A DNA stretch of 39,816 bases from Pseudomonadota bacterium (GTDB lineage Bacteria > Pseudomonadota > Gammaproteobacteria > JAKAQQ01), in contig DAHVLZ010000034.1 of the NCBI GenBank assembly GCA_027320085.1, forward strand, positions 1 through 39,816. The letters are read 5' to 3'. Below the pieces are notes generated by a model that had not been told where the DNA came from, did not search any database, and saw only the letters and a list, made by a program, of their open reading frames with translations. The position numbers and the translations under genes are program-made. Of this stretch, positions 9,875-19,751 are shown in pieces (the stretch's first letter is position 1; each line of letters starts with the position of its first letter).

Positions 9875-10710
9875 CCCGCCTTCATCCGGGACATCACCGC
9901 GGCTTTGGTCTGATCGAATTCCTGATCGCCATCACGCTCACCCTCTTTCTGGTGGCGGGATTGGCCACCATTTACTTCAGTAACGAACAGGGATCGGTCG
10001 CCCAGCGGGCTGAGGCGGCTCTCGCCGACAACATCCGCCTCGCGGTTACTCTGCTCACGACCGACATCCGCCAGACGGGCTACCGCTGGGACTTGTCCAT
10101 ACCCGTAAGCCAGTTGTTCACGATCATCCCCGACTATGAGGCCGATCCCACGGCTTTTCTGGCGACTCCCAGCAATCCCCTCATCATGGGTGACTGGGCC
10201 AATACCGGCTCCTCCCTGCCCTACGGACTGGCCGTGAGTTACCAGTCGGACGGCACACTCAGCAACTGCCAGGGCCAGCTCGTACCCATCGGATCCGTCG
10301 ATACCGACGTCTGGAAGGTCAATAAGGCGACCGATCAACTCGAATGCAAGAGCCGGATCTCGACCATCAACAACAACGCCTTCGACAGCTACGTGCCGCT
10401 CGTGAATAACGTGGAGACGATGATGGTCCGGTTCGGCGTCGACGCCCAGAACACGGGCTCGGTCTCGGCCTACGTCAGTGCCCCGAACGTCGACATCTAC
10501 AGCCAGATCCTCTCGGTCCAGCTGGCGCTGGTCATGGTCAGCGGCAACCCCGCAGCCCCCCAGGGCGAAGTGGGCGATGTCCTGCCGACTCCGATTCACG
10601 GGAGCTTTGACCTTCTGGGCATGATGTACACCCCGTCCACCCCACCGGACCGCTACCTCCGCATCGTGGTCGTCCGTGACGTTGCCCTCAAGAACCTCTT
10701 GGCCGACTAA
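9871..10710 (+). CDS. pilW: Type IV minor pilin PilW
   Basis: G|FGLIEFLIA, DIRQTGY, LVNNVETMMVRFGVD, C-terminal VALKN. Confidence 0.85.
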   Translation: MTRLHPGHHRGFGLIEFLIAITLTLFLVAGLATIYFSNEQGSVAQRAEAALADNIRLAVTLLTTDIRQTGYRWDLSIPVSQLFTIIPDYEADPTAFLATPSNPLIMGDWANTGSSLPYGLAVSYQSDGTLSNCQGQLVPIGSVDTDVWKVNKATDQLECKSRISTINNNAFDSYVPLVNNVETMMVRFGVDAQNTGSVSAYVSAPNVDIYSQILSVQLALVMVSGNPAAPQGEVGDVLPTPIHGSFDLLGMMYTPSTPPDRYLRIVVVRDVALKNLLAD

Positions 10711-10715
10711 CCCCC

Positions 10716-11324
10716 ATGAAACCACCCCGCCCCCCCAGCTCTTCCCGCGGCATCGCCCTGATCACCGCCCTCGTGTTTCTGGTGGTGCTCACCCTTCTCG
10801 GAGTGACCCTCATGGAAGGGATCACCCTGGAGCAGCGCATGTCCCATAATCTGCGCGAGAAACAGCGAGCCATTGCTGCGGCCGATGCGACCCTCAATGG
10901 GACCGCGGGCTGGCTGTCCTCCCTCGCCGTGATTCCCCTTCCGACTCCGACCCAGCCGGGCGTAGCCAGCCCGTTTTCGATCTATGCATACAACGACAGC
11001 ACGGTCTCCACCATCAACTTCGCGAGCGACAGCTTCTGGACCTCAAGCCTCCCCCAGAGTTACCAGCAAAGCTTTCCCTTCAACAATGCCGCCGCCACCT
11101 CGAGCAGCGGGATCCTCGTCAACGGCGGACTCCTCCAGTACGCCTCCGATCCCGAGGTCTTCCTCGTTGAACTGCCGACTGTGCCTCTCCCTGGAGACAA
11201 CTTGGCCGCCATGGGCGCCACCTATGGTGTAAACGGCGTTCCCCGTACTTTTCAGCTGACTGCCTGGGCCACTGGGGGCACCGCCAATGCCGTGGCGGTC
11301 ATCCAGGAAACCTATCGGCCCTGA
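10716..11324 (+). CDS. pilX: Type IV minor pilin PilX
   Basis: G|IALITALVFLVVLTLL lacking Glu5, as typical of PilX; EQRMSHN; C-terminal FQLTAWATGG. Confidence 0.85.
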   Translation: MKPPRPPSSSRGIALITALVFLVVLTLLGVTLMEGITLEQRMSHNLREKQRAIAAADATLNGTAGWLSSLAVIPLPTPTQPGVASPFSIYAYNDSTVSTINFASDSFWTSSLPQSYQQSFPFNNAAATSSSGILVNGGLLQYASDPEVFLVELPTVPLPGDNLAAMGATYGVNGVPRTFQLTAWATGGTANAVAVIQETYRP

Positions 11325-11339
11325 TCCGGAGGTCGTCAC

Positions 11340-14300
11340 ATGTCCATCCCCACTCATCCTTCAGGCCTCTCCCGCAGGTTCGTCCCGGTCATCGGGCTCA
11401 TTTTAGGAGTGACGCTGCTCCCCGGAGCCCATGCGAGCACCCCTCCCACGGTTCCGATCTCGAACGTTCCCCTGACGCTCGTCAATCCCACCCATCCCCA
11501 GGTTCTCCTGGTTCTGGCCAACTCCCAGTCCATGGACGGTGATCTTGCGGGGGCCATCATGACGGGGTCGGGAGAGATCCCCGCCCTCGCCTCATCAAGC
11601 TCGCCCGTCGACTACAGCGTGCCAGCCGGTTTCACTCCTCCCTGCGTGGCGGCCAGTGCCTCAGGAGATGCCCCCTATACCACCTTCGGAAGCTCCTCGA
11701 ATCCGGTCTGTCCGAACTCCAGCATCGAATACGACAATTCGGCGAGCCGCCTCAACGTCGCCAAGGCGGCCCTGAGCCAGGTCATCAGCTACTACGCGGC
11801 CAACTTCGACATGGGCCTCATGGATTACTCGACCGGCGGATCCGGAACCTATACGACCTGGCTCTACATGATGAGCGAACCGGGCGGGTTCACCTTCGGG
11901 ACGAGCAATTCGACTCCTCCGGCCGATGGCGGCAAGTGGCATCCCAACCCCTGTTACCAATCGACCCTGAACTCGTGCTCGGCTATCGAAAGTTACTACT
12001 CGAACCCCGCCGTTCTTTCAGATCCCTATGTCTCGACGCTGGCCACTTCCGACAACCCCGCGATCAACGACGTGCTCTATGCCGGCGGCTTTCCCTCCGT
12101 CTTCCTCAACTTTGACGGTCCGTACTGCAACGGCGGGTCCAATTACTGCCCCGGGTCCCTGATCTACAGCGACTATACGCTCGCGGACTACAACAATGGA
12201 GCCATCTCGACCAGCTACAACGGATCCTCACCGGGTGGCTTTGCGCTCGGCACCAATCCCACGAACGCCGGCTACGTACCCCACAGCTCCCAGGTGCTGT
12301 ACGCGGAACGCGGGTTCGGCTTCTACAGCAGCGCGGGCTCGAACACGGGCAACCTCCTCGTACCGATCGAATCCTACACCGATGCGACCGGATGCAGTGG
12401 GCTGACCGATCTCCAGTGCTACATCCAGCAGTTCACCCCCCATCTCGCCCCGGAGACCAACGATTCGGGCAGTACGGAAATCAAGGCGATTGCCATCCAG
12501 TCTCCGATCGCCGGCGTGCTCAATGGAGCCTATGACTACTACACCGGTTCCAACGCGCCAGTCTCGAACACGAGCTGCACGGCGAACCGTTATGTTGTGC
12601 TGATCACCGATGGGTTACCGACCCAGGATCTTGAAGGAGGACTCTGGCCACCCCTGGGATCCCGTTCGGCAGTGGGATACGGAGAGACGGCGACCTTTAA
12701 CCTCGCCGGGGGCGGCACGGTTTCGACCACCGATGCCTCCTTCGCGTACGACGTCGAGAATGGCGAGACCACGACCCTCGCCTCGACCAACGACCAGGCA
12801 CTCACCGATACCATCACCAAACTCGGCGATCTCAAGGATGCCCAGATCAAGACTTACATCGTCGGCATGGGCGCTGGCGTCGATCCCGAGCTGAATCCGG
12901 CCGCGGCAGCGACCCTCAAGGCCATGGCGATCGCCGGCGGCACCCAGAACTACTATCCGGGGATCAGCCCCCAGGCCGTGACCAACGACCTCGAGGCCAT
13001 CTTTGGCGCCATCAACGTGAACAACGTGTCCACGACCTCAGCCTCCGTCAACTCCACCTCGCTCAACACCTCGACCGTGGTCTACCAGGCCAAGTTCGAC
13101 TCTGCGGCCCTGCCCTACGCTGACTGGACCGGCGACCTCCAGGCCTTCCCGGTGAGTGCCAGCGGCAACGTCAACATCCAGTCGGGCGCCCTGTGGGATG
13201 CCGCCCAGGAATTGGATACTTCACTTGCCGGCACGGGTTGGAATAGCCGGACCATGGCCACCTGGAACCCGGCTGGAAACAGTGGCGTCGGCGCCGGTGT
13301 TCCGTTCGCGTGGGTCGACCTCTCTCCCCTCCAGCAGAACCAGCTCGAAACCCTCTGGAGCAGCCTCACAGCGAGCGAGCAGGCGGCATTCGGAGACAAC
13401 GCGGCGACCTATGGACAGGCCGTGCTCGATTATCTGCGGGGTGACACGACGGAAGCGCAAGCCCAGGGCGGGATCTTCCGTGATCGCTCAGCCCTCCTGG
13501 GTGACGTCGTGGACAGCAACCCGGTCTATGTCGGCCCACCGGAAGGCACCTATACGGATCCCTCATACCTGACCTTTGCCCAAGATCTGGCCAACCGGAC
13601 ACCGGTCCTCTATGTCGGCGCCAACGATGGCATGCTCCATGCCTTCTCGGCGACAACCGGCCAGGAGCTTTTCTCCTACGTGCCCAACGGGGTCTTCGCC
13701 AATCTGGCCAATCTCACGAATCCTACCTACAACCAATCCCACGAATTTTTCGTGGACGGATCCCCGACGGCCGGCGACGTCCAGTTCATCGACGGCAGCT
13801 GGCATACCCTGGTGACCGGCGGTCTCAATGATGGCGGCGAAAGCATCTACGCCATCAATGTGACCCATCCCACCCTGCTCGAAACAGCCTCCGGACTGGC
13901 AAGCCACGTCCTCTGGGAGTTCACCGATCCCTACCTGGGTCTTACCTACAGCCAGCCCCAGATCGCCCGCATCGATCTGAACGGCAACCCAACCTCGGTC
14001 GTCATTTTCGGATCAGGTTATGACAATGCCGATGGCAACCCTTATCTTTATGTCGTGAATGCCCAGACCGGCACCCTGATTGACCGCATCTCGCTCTGCT
14101 CGGATGTCCCCACCGCCTGCAGTTCGAGCGAACCCAACGGGCTTTCGACCCCGGCGGTCGTGCCAGCCGATGGTTCAAGCCTGGACAACCTGGTCTACGC
14201 CGGAGACCTCCAAGGCAACCTCTGGCGCATCGACATTTCGTCGAGCTCGCCTGCGAACTGGACGGCATCCGTCCTGTTCCAGGCCGGTTCCCACACCGAT

Positions 14301-15035
14301 CTGCAGCCGATCACGACCCAGCCGGTGGTCAGCCTCGCCCCCTCCGGCGCACCCGCCGGCTCTCTGCTCGTCATGTTCGGAACCGGGCAGTTCCTGGGCA
14401 CACCCGATCTCACGACCACCACAACCCAGAGCTTTTACGGGATTCTCGATCCCACCCCGGCCGGCGGGACTCCTCCCTCCAACTATCCGCCCGGCTATAA
14501 CAAGCTCGTCCAGCAGACCCTCTCGGCTGCCACCTATAGCTACACGAGCTCGACGGGCCAGACCATCACTCTGCCGATCCGTACTGTCACGAACAACACG
14601 ATCGACTGGAACAGCAAGGACGGATGGTATCTCGACCTGCCCGACGCCGGCGAGCGGGTTGTGACCAACCCGCATATCGAGGGGGGTGCCGTCATCTTCA
14701 CGAGCTACGTACCGGATGCAGCCAGCGCCACGAGCTGCTCGACCGGCGGGTCGAGCTTCCTCATGGTCCTGAACTTTGCCACGGGGGGGGCCTTCCCCGG
14801 GCCCCAACTGGACCTCAACGGCGGCAACACGATCAATGGCTCAGACCAGTACAATGGCCAGAATCCAGTCGGCATCGGCCTGGGCAACGGTTTTGCAGCG
14901 GCCCCCACCATTGTCCGGACACGACCGGGGGTCATCGGCGACATCAAGCTCGTCACCCTGTCCACAGATACCATCGCTTCCTGGAAGGAACGCGGGGGTA
15001 ATCGTGGTAGGCTCAACTGGAAGGAAATCCGCTGA
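11340..15035 (+). CDS. pilY1: Type IV pilus adhesin PilY1 (vWA-like N-domain plus PilC beta-propeller)
   Basis: Signal peptide; VVLITDG; LGDVVDSNPVYVG, YVGANDGMLHAF, FFVDGSP, YAGDLQGNLWR, GWYLDL, C-terminal RLNWKEI. Confidence 0.92.
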   Translation: MSIPTHPSGLSRRFVPVIGLILGVTLLPGAHASTPPTVPISNVPLTLVNPTHPQVLLVLANSQSMDGDLAGAIMTGSGEIPALASSSSPVDYSVPAGFTPPCVAASASGDAPYTTFGSSSNPVCPNSSIEYDNSASRLNVAKAALSQVISYYAANFDMGLMDYSTGGSGTYTTWLYMMSEPGGFTFGTSNSTPPADGGKWHPNPCYQSTLNSCSAIESYYSNPAVLSDPYVSTLATSDNPAINDVLYAGGFPSVFLNFDGPYCNGGSNYCPGSLIYSDYTLADYNNGAISTSYNGSSPGGFALGTNPTNAGYVPHSSQVLYAERGFGFYSSAGSNTGNLLVPIESYTDATGCSGLTDLQCYIQQFTPHLAPETNDSGSTEIKAIAIQSPIAGVLNGAYDYYTGSNAPVSNTSCTANRYVVLITDGLPTQDLEGGLWPPLGSRSAVGYGETATFNLAGGGTVSTTDASFAYDVENGETTTLASTNDQALTDTITKLGDLKDAQIKTYIVGMGAGVDPELNPAAAATLKAMAIAGGTQNYYPGISPQAVTNDLEAIFGAINVNNVSTTSASVNSTSLNTSTVVYQAKFDSAALPYADWTGDLQAFPVSASGNVNIQSGALWDAAQELDTSLAGTGWNSRTMATWNPAGNSGVGAGVPFAWVDLSPLQQNQLETLWSSLTASEQAAFGDNAATYGQAVLDYLRGDTTEAQAQGGIFRDRSALLGDVVDSNPVYVGPPEGTYTDPSYLTFAQDLANRTPVLYVGANDGMLHAFSATTGQELFSYVPNGVFANLANLTNPTYNQSHEFFVDGSPTAGDVQFIDGSWHTLVTGGLNDGGESIYAINVTHPTLLETASGLASHVLWEFTDPYLGLTYSQPQIARIDLNGNPTSVVIFGSGYDNADGNPYLYVVNAQTGTLIDRISLCSDVPTACSSSEPNGLSTPAVVPADGSSLDNLVYAGDLQGNLWRIDISSSSPANWTASVLFQAGSHTDLQPITTQPVVSLAPSGAPAGSLLVMFGTGQFLGTPDLTTTTTQSFYGILDPTPAGGTPPSNYPPGYNKLVQQTLSAATYSYTSSTGQTITLPIRTVTNNTIDWNSKDGWYLDLPDAGERVVTNPHIEGGAVIFTSYVPDAASATSCSTGGSSFLMVLNFATGGAFPGPQLDLNGGNTINGSDQYNGQNPVGIGLGNGFAAAPTIVRTRPGVIGDIKLVTLSTDTIASWKERGGNRGRLNWKEIR

Positions 15036-15046
15036 GGTAAAGTGCC

Positions 15047-15313
15047 ATGACCCGCACCCATCGTTACCTGGTCCTTACCCTCCTCCTGTGCGCCTGGACG
15101 GTTCCCGCTGCGCACGCCATCGTCCCCGTTCTCGTCCGCCCTGACGGGACGGTCATCAACCTGTCGACCGGGGTTGCAACCCGGACCGATGGCAGCCATT
15201 ACCGGCTGTCGCCGGCCGCCCTCCAGGCGCTCATCAAGGCCCATGCCCGGGAAAATCCGACACGACCCACCCCCCACAAGGCGATCCCGCACCTCTCGGA
15301 GAATGGCTCATGA
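15047..15313 (+). CDS. Small exported hypothetical protein in the pilY2 position
   Basis: GAGG RBS, signal peptide ending AHA, stop overlaps the pilE start. Confidence 0.65.
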   Translation: MTRTHRYLVLTLLLCAWTVPAAHAIVPVLVRPDGTVINLSTGVATRTDGSHYRLSPAALQALIKAHARENPTRPTPHKAIPHLSENGS

Positions 15314-15717
15314 AGGCCCGGGGCTTTAGCCTGATCGAACTCCTCGTGGTCATCGCCATTGCCGGCATTCTTTTTTCCATTGCCGTGCCAGCCTATCAGC
15401 AATATCTGCTCAGCGCCAACCGAACAGACGCCATCAAGACGCTACTCGAGGTCTCGAACAGCGAGGGAGAATATTACACGCAATACAACCAGTACACGAC
15501 CGCACTCACCGCCCTGGGCTATGCATCGGACAACGTGACCAGCGAAAATGGGTACTACGTCGTGACGGTTACTTCCACCCAGCCCCAGACCTTCACGCTG
15601 ACGGCAACCCCACAGGGAGGACAGGTACAGGACACCCATTGCGGTACCTTCACCCTGAACTCGCTGGGACTGAGGGAGGTCACCGGAACTGAAGGGGCAA
15701 CCCACTGCTGGCAGTAG
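15310..15717 (+). CDS. pilE: Type IV minor pilin PilE
   Basis: G|FSLIELLVVIAIAGIL, AVPAYQQY..ANRTDA, FTLTATP, C-terminal Cys pair ending CWQ. Confidence 0.9.
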   Translation: MKARGFSLIELLVVIAIAGILFSIAVPAYQQYLLSANRTDAIKTLLEVSNSEGEYYTQYNQYTTALTALGYASDNVTSENGYYVVTVTSTQPQTFTLTATPQGGQVQDTHCGTFTLNSLGLREVTGTEGATHCWQ

Positions 15718-15801
15718 TCTGCCCGGAACTCCCCTCCTCCATTCCGGAGGCATCCTGCCGGTCGTAGGCTACAATGCCCTGCCGCCACAAGGGTTCCCTG
15801 C

Positions 15802-17385
15802 TTGACCGACAAACCACGGTTCTCCCTCTCGGACCTGCCTCACGGCTGTTTCACGGGATGCCTGAGGGGCATTGAGCGGGAGGCTCTCCGGATCAATCCG
15901 GATGGCCGGATCGCCCAGACCCCACACCCCACGGCCCTGGGCGCACCGCTCACTCACCCGCACTTCACGACCGACTACTCCGAATCCCTCCTCGAGATCG
16001 TCAGTTCGGCCCAGCCCACCCTCGAGGGACTCGAGTCCGAGCTCGAAAAACTGCATGCCTTCGTCCAAGAGCACCTCGGGGAGGAACGGCTCTGGCCCCT
16101 CAGCATGCCGCCTTTCATCCAAGACGAGTCCGAAATCCCGATCGCCCGCTATGGAAGCGCCCCCCAGGGCCTTTTGAGACACCGTTATCGTGTGGGGCTC
16201 GCCCACCGGTATGGCCGCTTCATGCAGGTGATCGCCGGAGTCCACTTTAATTTCTCCTTCCCCACCCTCCTGTGGGATCTCATGCAGCCTCCAGGCCCCC
16301 CGCCAACGCAGGCAGCCAGACTGCGCAACGAGAGTTACTTTGCGATCCTGCGCAACTTCTCCCGCCAAGCCTGGGTTCCCTGCTATCTCTTCGGTGCCTC
16401 TCCAGCCCTCTGCCGAAGCTTCAGCCCGGCGACCCACCTGGGTCCCACTCCCTGGAACTCCGATACCCTATACGACCCTCACGCCACTTCGCTCCGCATG
16501 AGCGATATCGGCTATCGCAATAAAAACCAGCAAAAAATCAGAATTTCGCTGAACGGCCTGGACGCCTACGTGAGGACCCTCTCCTGTGCCACCCAGATGC
16601 GGGATCCCGATTACCGGCGGATCGGGGTCCGGTGTCCGGATGGTGGCTGGCGTCAACTCAATGATCATGTCCTCCAGATCGAAAATGAGTACTACAGTAT
16701 CGCCCGGCCCAAGTCTCTCAAGCATCCCGGCCAACGTCCCCTTCTCTCACTCCGGCAAGAGGGGGTCGACTACCTGGAAATCCGCATTTTGGACGTGGAT
16801 CCGCTCTCGCCTTTGGGCATCGCCCCGGAAACGATGGCCTTCCTCGAAGTCTTCCTCTGGTGGTGTCTCATCAAGGAGAGTCCACCGCTTTCGGAGGACG
16901 AGCGCTTCATGAACGAGGGCAATCTTCGGCTGGTGGCCTACGAAGGGCGAGGATCCCGGTTGTCGCTCCGTGACCCGGATGGATTCGGACCACTCGAAAT
17001 CCGGCTTGACCGCATGCTGGATGCCCTGGAGCCCGTGGCCGATCACCTCACGAAAGCCACCGGAGAACCGCTCTACCAAAAATCCCTCAGTCTTGCCCGT
17101 TCCCGCTGTCGGCATCCCGACGAAACACCATCTGCCTGGATCCTCCGGGAAATGCAACGGATGGATGCTGGGCATACCGGCTTCGGACTGGAACTCGCAC
17201 GACGTCAGGCAGATGCCCTGGCCGGTATCCGAATCGGGCCCGAAGACCGGACGCGCCTTGAAAGCTGGACCCTTCAATCCGTTGAAGAGCAAGAGCGCCT
17301 CGAGCGTGAATCCGCTCTCTCATTCGAGGAGTACCTGGCCCAGTACCTTACGGTCGACCCGGCGGGCTGTTCGCCCGCTTCCTGA
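15802..17385 (+). CDS. gshA: Glutamate--cysteine ligase
   Basis: RGIEREALR, TTDYSESLLE, YGRFMQVIAGVHFNFS, ATSLRMSDIGY, LQIENEYYS; TTG start. Confidence 0.95.
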   Translation: MTDKPRFSLSDLPHGCFTGCLRGIEREALRINPDGRIAQTPHPTALGAPLTHPHFTTDYSESLLEIVSSAQPTLEGLESELEKLHAFVQEHLGEERLWPLSMPPFIQDESEIPIARYGSAPQGLLRHRYRVGLAHRYGRFMQVIAGVHFNFSFPTLLWDLMQPPGPPPTQAARLRNESYFAILRNFSRQAWVPCYLFGASPALCRSFSPATHLGPTPWNSDTLYDPHATSLRMSDIGYRNKNQQKIRISLNGLDAYVRTLSCATQMRDPDYRRIGVRCPDGGWRQLNDHVLQIENEYYSIARPKSLKHPGQRPLLSLRQEGVDYLEIRILDVDPLSPLGIAPETMAFLEVFLWWCLIKESPPLSEDERFMNEGNLRLVAYEGRGSRLSLRDPDGFGPLEIRLDRMLDALEPVADHLTKATGEPLYQKSLSLARSRCRHPDETPSAWILREMQRMDAGHTGFGLELARRQADALAGIRIGPEDRTRLESWTLQSVEEQERLERESALSFEEYLAQYLTVDPAGCSPAS

Positions 17386-17538
17386 GAAAACCCCGTCTTT
17401 CCTCCCGTTAAAGCAGTTGTTTCCCGGGCGCCCGAAGCTGTCTTCCCGAATGGACCCCCATCCGGCGGATCAATCCGCTTGAAACCCAACTGAGCCTCTA
17501 TAATGGTTGGGGTTCCCTCCAAGATCCTGGACCTTCGC

Positions 17539-17778
17539 ATGAAACGTTACGGTATCCGTGCCCGGATGGATCCTTCGGATCCTATGTCAGCACCCCATCT
17601 CATCGGCCCCGATTTCCAAGTCGACCGGTGGTTCGAAGACCGCGCGGAGCGGGACCGGGCGCTGGCCGAACTACGTTCCGGCCGGCCCTACTACCGCAGC
17701 GGAGACACCCCGAGCGTGATTTATGAGGCGATCGAGGACGAGGCGGTGAACTCCGTCAACCATCAATCCTCCGCCTGA
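17539..17778 (+). CDS. Small hypothetical protein (~79 aa)
   Basis: Occupies the gap after gshA with host-like codon use; MKRYGIR...RWF...YYRSGDTPS; start uncertain (17503 or 17539). Confidence 0.6.
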   Translation: MKRYGIRARMDPSDPMSAPHLIGPDFQVDRWFEDRAERDRALAELRSGRPYYRSGDTPSVIYEAIEDEAVNSVNHQSSA

Positions 17779-17794
17779 TTCGGTCAATGCGGCA

Positions 17795-19351
17795 TCAGTG
17801 CCCGAGGCGGATGCGCCAGCCCCCACCCGGCAGGGACTCAAGCCCCTTGGGATGGTAATCAAGCGGGCGTCCGACTTCGATGATTCCCATCATCCCGCCT
17901 GCAAAATGCCCCGGCTCATGACAGGCATACTCGAGCGTCGTGGGCTGATCCGGGAAATGCCAGACGAGTGACCGGGTCTGGCCCGGTTCCACCGTCACCC
18001 CGTTCAGATCGTGCATCTTCATGTCCGGATGGCGCTCCATGTCCCGTTCATGCGCCCGCTGTTCGGCCAGGTTGCCGATCACGAACTCGTGGATCAAGTG
18101 CCCGCGGTTGGTCACGATGAACCGGATCGTCGCACCGGGCGTGACCACAACGCGTGAGGGCTTGAACCGGAAACTATCAAGCGCAACGACCCGTATTGTT
18201 CGGGTAACCGCCCCGGCCGCTCCTGGAGAACCGAAAGCGAATGACGTGTCCGGCCGCGCCATCCGCATGGATTGATGGCCACGAGGAGGATCACGCCGTG
18301 GCGAGGCGACCCCTCCCGTTGAGGACCCCTGTCCCAGCCCGAATCCGGCCGGAACCTGCTCCATGGCAGCCGGCGGCATGCCATGGAGCAGTACCGAGGC
18401 CGCAATCAATACAAGAAGACCAATCAGGCTTTCAATCGCAATCGAATGGTAGCAGCGGTCGAGTTCGCGTGACGGTACCGCCGACGGGGTGCCTGGCTTC
18501 GGGTGGACCACCCGAGCCAGCACGAGGTGATCCCACCCCGACCGGGGAGGCAGTCCGCAGACCCGCCGGATCTCCGGCAGGCGGACATAACGGTTGTAGA
18601 CACCAATCAGGACCAGGACCAGGACCAGTCCGAGTTTCACGAGCAGCACCTCACCATAGGTACTGGTCACAAAGGCCGACCAGCTGCCGAGTTGCTGCCA
18701 AGCCGTATAAATTCCGGTCACAAGAATCAGTCCAAGTCCCACACCAGCCAGTGTCGATAAGCGAGAGAAGATCACGGCAGGCCGCTCGCGTTTTCCCTCT
18801 TGCAGCCGTCGCCTCAGGGTCGGGAACACAAAAAGCGCAATGCTGAAGAGCGCACCGATCCAGAGTCCTGCCGCCACCAGGTGGATCCAATCCACAAAAA
18901 CCGGGAAGCGGAAACTCCCGTGGTCCGCCGGATGCCCGGTTTCACTGCGTGTAAAAGCAATGGCCAAAAGCCCGAGCAGCATGATTCCGCCGATGAATCG
19001 AGCCCGCTCGCGCCAAAGCCAACCGGCCCCCCAGAGCAACCAGAGTCCGATGAGGAGGGGGACTCGGGCGATCCAGATATGGCCGAAACGTGTGGCTGAA
19101 AGGACAACCGGGATCACGGTTGGCAGGCCCGAGAGGGGGCCCCGGCTCATTTCCAGGCTGCGCGAAACCAGGATGAGACCGCTCGTCAGGGTCAGGACGA
19201 CTAGCCCCACCCCCCCCCACTGCCAGAACGGTCGCCGGAACCACTCGTCCTGATCCCGTGGTACAACCCAGATCCAGACGGCCCAGGTGCCGATGGCTGA
19301 TACGACTGCAATCACGTCGATTGCGGTCAATGTAATGTAGAGAGGATGCAT
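17795..19351 (-). CDS. copD: CopD-family copper membrane protein fused to a C-terminal cupredoxin (type-1 Cu) domain
   Basis: ATG at 19351 after a GGAG RBS; multi-TM CopD motifs (T.FG.IW.AR, TGHPAD, WIHLVAAGLWIG, FSRL, TYGEVLLVKL); then HEFVIG...YACHEPGHFAGGM. Confidence 0.85.
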   Translation of the reverse strand: MHPLYITLTAIDVIAVVSAIGTWAVWIWVVPRDQDEWFRRPFWQWGGVGLVVLTLTSGLILVSRSLEMSRGPLSGLPTVIPVVLSATRFGHIWIARVPLLIGLWLLWGAGWLWRERARFIGGIMLLGLLAIAFTRSETGHPADHGSFRFPVFVDWIHLVAAGLWIGALFSIALFVFPTLRRRLQEGKRERPAVIFSRLSTLAGVGLGLILVTGIYTAWQQLGSWSAFVTSTYGEVLLVKLGLVLVLVLIGVYNRYVRLPEIRRVCGLPPRSGWDHLVLARVVHPKPGTPSAVPSRELDRCYHSIAIESLIGLLVLIAASVLLHGMPPAAMEQVPAGFGLGQGSSTGGVASPRRDPPRGHQSMRMARPDTSFAFGSPGAAGAVTRTIRVVALDSFRFKPSRVVVTPGATIRFIVTNRGHLIHEFVIGNLAEQRAHERDMERHPDMKMHDLNGVTVEPGQTRSLVWHFPDQPTTLEYACHEPGHFAGGMMGIIEVGRPLDYHPKGLESLPGGGWRIRLGH

Positions 19352-19367
19352 ATGTATTATCTCCGTC

Positions 19368-19751
19368 TCAGCGAACCCGGAAGTACCAGCGGCCTTCCGT
19401 ATGATGGCCATCAAACGCAATGACGCTCCAGTCGACAAAGTAAACTCCCGGACCGATTGGATGCAATCGGGTCTCAAGGATGGTATGGCTGCCCTTGGGG
19501 ATGAACCCGTTGCCGATACTCACCTTCTGGCCCTTGCGGCTTTTGACGATGAGGTGGGAGAAGACCGGTTCGATGCCGGCATCGAACCAGATGGTGACCA
19601 GATGGGGGGGCACCTTGAGCCGGGCACCCACATGGGGGTCTGAGCGTTCGGGAAAGGCATGGGCAAATGCCACAGGTCCCATGAAGAAGAGGATCGGCAA
19701 AAGAAGGCCAACCCTCATCCGGACCAGACGAGGGGTCATACAACGGTTCAT
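19368..19751 (-). CDS. copC: Periplasmic copper-binding protein CopC
   Basis: Signal peptide AFA|HAFPERSDP giving a mature N-terminal His, and WSVIAFDGHHTEG; no Met-rich Cu(I) loop. Confidence 0.92.
   Translation of the reverse strand: MNRCMTPRLVRMRVGLLLPILFFMGPVAFAHAFPERSDPHVGARLKVPPHLVTIWFDAGIEPVFSHLIVKSRKGQKVSIGNGFIPKGSHTILETRLHPIGPGVYFVDWSVIAFDGHHTEGRWYFRVR

Noticed and set aside
19352-19477. N-terminal extension of the 560-aa CopD ORF
   Set aside because: Overlaps copC; the ATG at 19351 has a GGAG RBS and fits better
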